Positions 15,350 to 20,249 of a stretch of DNA of 20,249 nt are shown here, in pieces. The position numbers were made by a program, and so were the translations under genes. The notes beneath the pieces are model-generated. The model had not been told where the DNA came from, searched no databases, and worked only from the letters and a program-made list of their open reading frames with translations. The stretch covers positions 1 through 20,249 of the forward strand of contig CAZUNO010000034.1 of the NCBI GenBank assembly GCA_964621445.1, written 5' to 3'. Position 1 is the stretch's first letter. The number at the start of each line of letters is the position of its first letter. The stretch is from Candidatus Hadarchaeota archaeon. GTDB taxonomy: Archaea; CAYQAE01; CAYVLA01.

Positions 15350-17943
15350 TCAAGGGAATCTTGTTCCGTTTTTTCATCTCCGCCTGCCATGGACTTCCGG
15401 ATGAGGACTAGCGCTATTAGCGCAAATAGAACCATTACACCGATGATTAAATGTCCTAGGTAGGGGCGGATTATGGGTGGTGTGTAGGGTAGTAGTGGGG
15501 GGAGGATTGGGAGTAGGAAGTTGAGGTTGTTCTCAAACCACTTGGGGAGTTCCATTTCCCAGTTCACCACGTTTTCGCTGATGTTAAGGGCACCTTTCTC
15601 TATGGTGATGTTCCTGGTGTGGGTGGTGTCCTCTTGGATAACCGCCTCTATGGTCGTGCTGTCGATGATTTCGGCCTCTCTGATGGTGGCCGTGTTTATG
15701 GTGTATGGTTCCTTGGCCTCCTCCATGCTGGTTCCATCGACGACAAACTCGAAGTCCACTACACTTGGTGGGAGTAAAATGGCTTTGGTCCCGTTCCTGT
15801 AGTCTATATAGAAGCTGTTGGGTATTCCTATCTCTATCTGGTTCCTGTTGTGATCCGCTATGGAGGGATTGTATCCCACGTGTCGCCCGTGGGTGTCGTA
15901 TACGTGGGGGTAGAGCTCGTGGGCGGGATGGAGCAGTGTGAGCGCGGTAACGTTGGCGGGGAGTGAATTGGTGAAGTCCTCCAGGAAGGCCCGCCAGGCC
16001 GTGTCTTTAGCAAATTCCGTTTGGTCGTAGTAGTGGAGGTACCGATTGTAGATGGTAGAGGGCCTTGTCCCGGCGGAAAAGGCATAGTCGTATCCCTGCC
16101 TCCATATCAGTGTGGCCAGGCCATTGAATCCTGAGGGTTGGCGGTGTCCGGTTCCGTTGAACCATACCTCGATGTTGGCCACCACCGCTTTTTCTGTGGT
16201 GGTGATGGTTTCCAGGGCCGCCTTTCTTAGGTTTTTGTTTGCGAGGCTGGGGTCGGCGAGGAGGTTTTGGGCGAGGTCCACTATGTCCGTGTAGGGTTCA
16301 CCCTCGGCTTCCCAGGACTCGTATACCGTCTTTGAAATGGTGCGGTTGAAGGATGCCCTGCCGGCGGTGTAGTTTGCGTGCAGTATCTTGGTCAGGTCGT
16401 CCATCGCCGAGGCCACATCGCCGAGCTTGGAGGAATCGATGCCTGACAGGGTGCAGTTGGACCTGTACAGGGATCCCGGGGAGCCGTCGTACCTTGCTTC
16501 GAAGGGGCTAACTATGGCCTTCACGTAGTCCAGTGCCGACATGCCGGGATTACGGGTAAGGTTGGTCAGGAAGTCCTGGTATGCGTATCCGTAACCTGGT
16601 ACGGGGAGCTCGGAGCAGGTGAAGTAATCTGTCACATCCCTAAGGTGGTATAGGATCTCCACCTGGGCCATCAGGCAGGCGTCGAAGCTGAGTATGTCGG
16701 GCTGGTGGTCATTTAGTGCGGCCTTCAGGGGGCTGAATTTCATTGGCCTGTCGCCCTGGTGAAAGTCCCAATCTATCCCCCTTATCCCAGCTCCGTGGTC
16801 GGAGAGGATGAGGTGGGTATTCTTGCTTGGTATTCCGGTCGTCGACTCCTCCAAGAATCTTTCAAGGATAGCATCTGAGCTGAGGTTGGATGGCCCCCAA
16901 TCAGGCCCTACCTTGACCAGGCTGCCGTTAAGGATTTGGTAGAACTGGGCGTTATTTCCGGGGAGGGAGGTCGATCCAATGGCGTCTTTTTTCCACAGGT
17001 CGATCAACGCGGTCATGCCCACCTTTGGGGTGCCGGTGGCGTCGGATACACGTTGCATGTCCTGTACATTGTCGAGCATGTATTTTTGGAGGTCGGGCTT
17101 GGTGTCGGCGCAAAGGTAGAGCATGACCAGCCATTCCGCCTTTCTAAGATTTAGGGTCATCTGGGAGGTGGCTTGGTGGCTCCCGCTGCTTGCCTTGATC
17201 CTGATTTCTCGTTGGCGTGGTAGTTTCAGGTCGGGGTCCTGTGAGCATTTGAGGGTTACGTTTAGCTTGGTGCTGGTGATGCCCGTGTTCGAGGGCCCAG
17301 TTGATTGGGGTTCGAAGCTAATTTCCAGGTATGGAGGCATCTCTCCCTGGACCTCGAACTCGACCTGTTCGGAGAGCTCCGCGCCTCGATGGTCCAGCTC
17401 CAGGACCGTGGAGTTGGGCTGTGTGGGATAGATGTCGAGGGACCGGGGAAGGTTGAGGGTGAGGTCCTGGGGTTCGCTCCGGCCTTCCACACAGGCCAGG
17501 ATTCTATCGATCTTTTCAAATACGTCATCCTTGGTCACCCCCCGTTCCACAATACCTGCATAGATATGCCCGACGAGATTGCCCTTAATGAAATATCCTC
17601 CCTCGCACCAGCACTGACCACCACCACAAATTGGGCACTGCAGACTATCCATTTCCCTCCTGTAATGATCTCGGACGACCGGGTCTACCAGATCCAGAAA
17701 TTCATCACTCTCCCCCTTTTCAAACCGGTAAAAGGCCTCCGCATCCTCTGCTTTTTCAAAACAGTAGTAATGGATGGTGAACCTATCCTCGTACTCGCAT
17801 GCGAGGTGTTGACTGTTGCCTTCGTAGCCCAGGAGTCCGGGAGTTTCCAGTTCGGAGTCCACGAGATTCCCGCAATCGGGACACATCGATTCATCCAGGT
17901 TGCAGTCCGCGCAACCCGCCTTTAAAAAGAGAAGTAGAAGCAT
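15346..17943 (-). CDS. Cell-surface clostripain-family (C11) cysteine peptidase, multidomain
   Basis: WLVMLYLCAD, LILSDHGAG (catalytic His), ILSFDACLM (catalytic Cys); N-terminal Cys-rich and Ig-like regions; HVYDTHGRHVG domain; C-terminal TM plus RK. Confidence 0.92.
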   Translation of the reverse strand: MLLLLFLKAGCADCNLDESMCPDCGNLVDSELETPGLLGYEGNSQHLACEYEDRFTIHYYCFEKAEDAEAFYRFEKGESDEFLDLVDPVVRDHYRREMDSLQCPICGGGQCWCEGGYFIKGNLVGHIYAGIVERGVTKDDVFEKIDRILACVEGRSEPQDLTLNLPRSLDIYPTQPNSTVLELDHRGAELSEQVEFEVQGEMPPYLEISFEPQSTGPSNTGITSTKLNVTLKCSQDPDLKLPRQREIRIKASSGSHQATSQMTLNLRKAEWLVMLYLCADTKPDLQKYMLDNVQDMQRVSDATGTPKVGMTALIDLWKKDAIGSTSLPGNNAQFYQILNGSLVKVGPDWGPSNLSSDAILERFLEESTTGIPSKNTHLILSDHGAGIRGIDWDFHQGDRPMKFSPLKAALNDHQPDILSFDACLMAQVEILYHLRDVTDYFTCSELPVPGYGYAYQDFLTNLTRNPGMSALDYVKAIVSPFEARYDGSPGSLYRSNCTLSGIDSSKLGDVASAMDDLTKILHANYTAGRASFNRTISKTVYESWEAEGEPYTDIVDLAQNLLADPSLANKNLRKAALETITTTEKAVVANIEVWFNGTGHRQPSGFNGLATLIWRQGYDYAFSAGTRPSTIYNRYLHYYDQTEFAKDTAWRAFLEDFTNSLPANVTALTLLHPAHELYPHVYDTHGRHVGYNPSIADHNRNQIEIGIPNSFYIDYRNGTKAILLPPSVVDFEFVVDGTSMEEAKEPYTINTATIREAEIIDSTTIEAVIQEDTTHTRNITIEKGALNISENVVNWEMELPKWFENNLNFLLPILPPLLPYTPPIIRPYLGHLIIGVMVLFALIALVLIRKSMAGGDEKTEQDSLD

Positions 17944-18103
17944 TAGCAGGACGGTTTTCCTGATGAATTACACCCGCAGCATGAAAAAAGTGGTAGACAT
18001 AAAAATCCTCCGGAATTAAAGCGTTCCCGGAAAACCATTTCCATATGGAGTCCGTTCGTAGACTAAAGGGGCCTCACAGAGAAGTATTTCTGATTCGCCG
18101 CTG

Positions 18104-18115
18104 CAATCATTTAAT
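18104..18115 (+). promoter_or_regulatory. Putative TATA promoter of the MBL-fold gene
   Basis: CAATCATTTAAT ~35 nt upstream of ATG 18151. Confidence 0.4.
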
Positions 18116-18150
18116 GCCCCTCATACCTATTCAGAGCCGTTGGGAGCGAG

Positions 18151-18834
18151 ATGGGGAAAGTGAATATATACACCGTTGATTTCGGTTTCAATCAGTGCTA
18201 CATTATTCGCTCCCAAGGAGTCATCATGGTGGACGGAGGGCTACCGAACAGGAGAGGTGACTTCCTGGAGGCCCTGCAGAGGCTCCCGATAGAACCCCAG
18301 GATATACAACTGGTGGTCATAACCCATGGACACTTTGACCACATGGGCTCGGCAAGGGACATAAGGGAGGTCACCGGGGCCAGGATCGCCATGCACCGTC
18401 TGGACAAGGATTGCCTGGAGAAGCCGCTAAATCGTTTTCCCAGAGGAGTCGGCGTGTGGGGCGGGCTGCTTCGAGGGGTACTCCCGATTCTCAAACCATT
18501 TATCCATGCACCGCCATGCGAGGTTGACATCGTTCTGGATGACGACGGAATGTCGTTGACCGACTTCGGGATCCCGGGCAGGGTGGTCCACACCCCGGGC
18601 CACACCACCGGTTCGGTCAGCGTTGTTCTGGACTCCGGCGATGCGTTCGTGGGGTGCATGGCACAAAACAAGTTCCCGCTGCGGCTGAATCCCGAGCTCC
18701 CGGTACTGGCCGATGATTTGGACCTTGTTAAGAAAAGCTGGAAACACCTGCTTGAACTAGGCATGCAGACCATCTACCCGGGACATGGAAAGCCATTCCC
18801 GGCCGCCGTCATACGTGATTCTCTGGAGACATAG
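18151..18834 (+). CDS. MBL-fold metallo-hydrolase
   Basis: MVDGG, THGHFDHMG, TPGHTTGS, IYPGHG. Confidence 0.94.
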   Translation: MGKVNIYTVDFGFNQCYIIRSQGVIMVDGGLPNRRGDFLEALQRLPIEPQDIQLVVITHGHFDHMGSARDIREVTGARIAMHRLDKDCLEKPLNRFPRGVGVWGGLLRGVLPILKPFIHAPPCEVDIVLDDDGMSLTDFGIPGRVVHTPGHTTGSVSVVLDSGDAFVGCMAQNKFPLRLNPELPVLADDLDLVKKSWKHLLELGMQTIYPGHGKPFPAAVIRDSLET

Positions 18835-19160
18835 TTACCCTCGCCCGTGTTCTTTAGAGGTCAGCTCCGGAGATGGAGGTGCGGGGAGCGGACTGGACCT
18901 GGAGTGATAGGTTTGGGCTGTGGCCGGTCTTGGTCCTTATCCGGAAACCGGTTTTGCTTCCCTTACCATTACTATGCTGTCACGATCCGTGATTTCAAAG
19001 CCAGACGGTCCTTCAAACCTCCAGTCATAGGGGACGGGTAGCCAGGCAATACTTTTCTGGTAGGGCCTCAAGAGCCGTGAAGATGTTGAGATGGCCGGCC
19101 CAGCCCAGGTTCTTTTGGCGTTGTTTGCATCGGCCCTAATTGATAAGGAGGAGAGACCTT

Positions 19161-20228
19161 ATGTCTGAAATCTTGCCGTGGCACAGCGATGTATTCGTGA
19201 CCGGGGAGAACGGCGTCCACACCTATCGAATCCCGGCAATGGTCCAATCGTCCCGGGGGACGCTGCTAGTTTTCTGCGAGGCGCGTAAGGAGAGCCAGAA
19301 GGATGCCAGCCCCACCGACATGGTGCTCAAGCGAAGCCTGGACGGTGGACGGACTTGGCTCCCGATAAAAACGCTGGTTCGCGGGGCAGGCACTGATGCG
19401 GTCATGAACCCGGTGGCCGTGGTGGACGGGAAGAGGAGCGTCATACTGCTGGTATGCTGTGTGGTTGATCGTGAAACCGGCGAGGAGCACCGGCAGCACC
19501 TGATGCTTTCCAGCCGGGATGAAGGACGTTCCTGGACCACCACAGTGGACATGGGCCAGTTGATCTCGGACTACGATGATACCTTCGTGCCGGGGCCCGG
19601 TTGTGGCATCCAGACCAGAACGGGGAGGCTGGTGGTTCCTGGGTACACCTGCTCGGGTAGGGTGGACGGGAATGACGGGAGAGGTCTACGATCGCGGGTG
19701 ATATACAGCGACGACCACGGGGACAGCTGGTGCATGGGGGAACCGGTCGACGAGAATACCAACGAATCGCAGGTTATAGAGCTGTCCGATGGCCGGCTCA
19801 TGTTGAATATGCGTCAACGCGCCGGTCGGGGGTGCCGTGCGGTTGCCATCAGCGAGGATGGTGGAGAATCCTGGGGCCCGGTATCCTTCGATAGCAGGTT
19901 GAACGAATGCCCATGCCAGGCCAGCTTAATACGCCACCCCCATGCAGACAGGGAAGGAAAGGCCCTGGTTCTATTCGCAAATCCCGATATATCGGGAGAG
20001 AGTTACGGCGACGCAAGACGGAGGAAAATGACTGTCCGCGTGAGCTATGATGAGGGGGCAACTTGGCCCGTTAAGAAGCTGGTGCATCCCGGGCCCTCCT
20101 CTTACTCTGGACTGGCCGGTCTCCCGAACGGGGACGTGGGTCTGGTCTTCGAGGGGGGATACGGCCATCGCCGGGAGTGGATACGGTTCACCCGCCTGCC
20201 GCTTGCCTGGATTACGGATAACCAGTAG
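19161..20228 (+). CDS. Sialidase/BNR-repeat exo-alpha-sialidase (GH33-like), no signal peptide
   Basis: YRIP motif, five Asp boxes (SLDGGRTW, SRDEGRSW, SDDHGDSW, SEDGGESW, SYDEGATW), NE, MR, SYS; SD AGGAGG upstream of ATG 19161. Confidence 0.92.
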   Translation: MSEILPWHSDVFVTGENGVHTYRIPAMVQSSRGTLLVFCEARKESQKDASPTDMVLKRSLDGGRTWLPIKTLVRGAGTDAVMNPVAVVDGKRSVILLVCCVVDRETGEEHRQHLMLSSRDEGRSWTTTVDMGQLISDYDDTFVPGPGCGIQTRTGRLVVPGYTCSGRVDGNDGRGLRSRVIYSDDHGDSWCMGEPVDENTNESQVIELSDGRLMLNMRQRAGRGCRAVAISEDGGESWGPVSFDSRLNECPCQASLIRHPHADREGKALVLFANPDISGESYGDARRRKMTVRVSYDEGATWPVKKLVHPGPSSYSGLAGLPNGDVGLVFEGGYGHRREWIRFTRLPLAWITDNQ

Positions 20229-20249
20229 TTTTTCGAGCGGTCATCGGGT

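Noticed and set aside
17305-17925. Long antisense ORFs (also 236-850, 13904-14422, 18198-18773)
   Set aside because: Shadow frames opposite well-supported genes in GC-rich DNA.
18847-19139. Small ORFs between the MBL and sialidase genes
   Set aside because: No motif, convincing SD or coding-like composition on either strand.
1-20249. CRISPR array, tRNA/rRNA, DGR template/variable repeats
   Set aside because: No regularly spaced repeats, cloverleaf, reverse transcriptase or near-identical DNA repeat pair was seen by eye. Paralog similarity is mainly at protein level.

Overview
This window is probably from an archaeon. The evidence is BRE/TATA-like boxes about 22-35 nt before several starts, GGGGTG(A)-type Shine-Dalgarno (SD) sites and a PEF-CTERM-like tail; the lineage cannot be determined. 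It is an accessory-type region with about 16 intact CDS. The most notable feature is three dispersed, highly diverged paralogs of one membrane-anchored family: signal peptide, GATase1-like domain, helical stalk of identical length, and a conserved KDxALxW[VI]YIxEWL...W..M[VI]R..L[FY] transmembrane/tail motif. A 35-aa C2H2-like zinc-finger microprotein missed by the ORF track sits between two of them. A complete IS1634-family element (9327-11191, imperfect inverted repeats, 6-bp ATATAA target-site duplication) lies just upstream of a chimeric sulfatase/aldo-keto reductase pseudogene. Other genes encode a beta-propeller GH-like protein, flavodoxin, a split 4-TM protein, a Cys-less isochorismatase-family protein, a CDF transporter with an ND-DD site, an FAD oxidoreductase, a surface GH-like protein, a surface clostripain, an MBL-fold hydrolase and a sialidase. 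No rRNA, tRNA or CRISPR array was seen.
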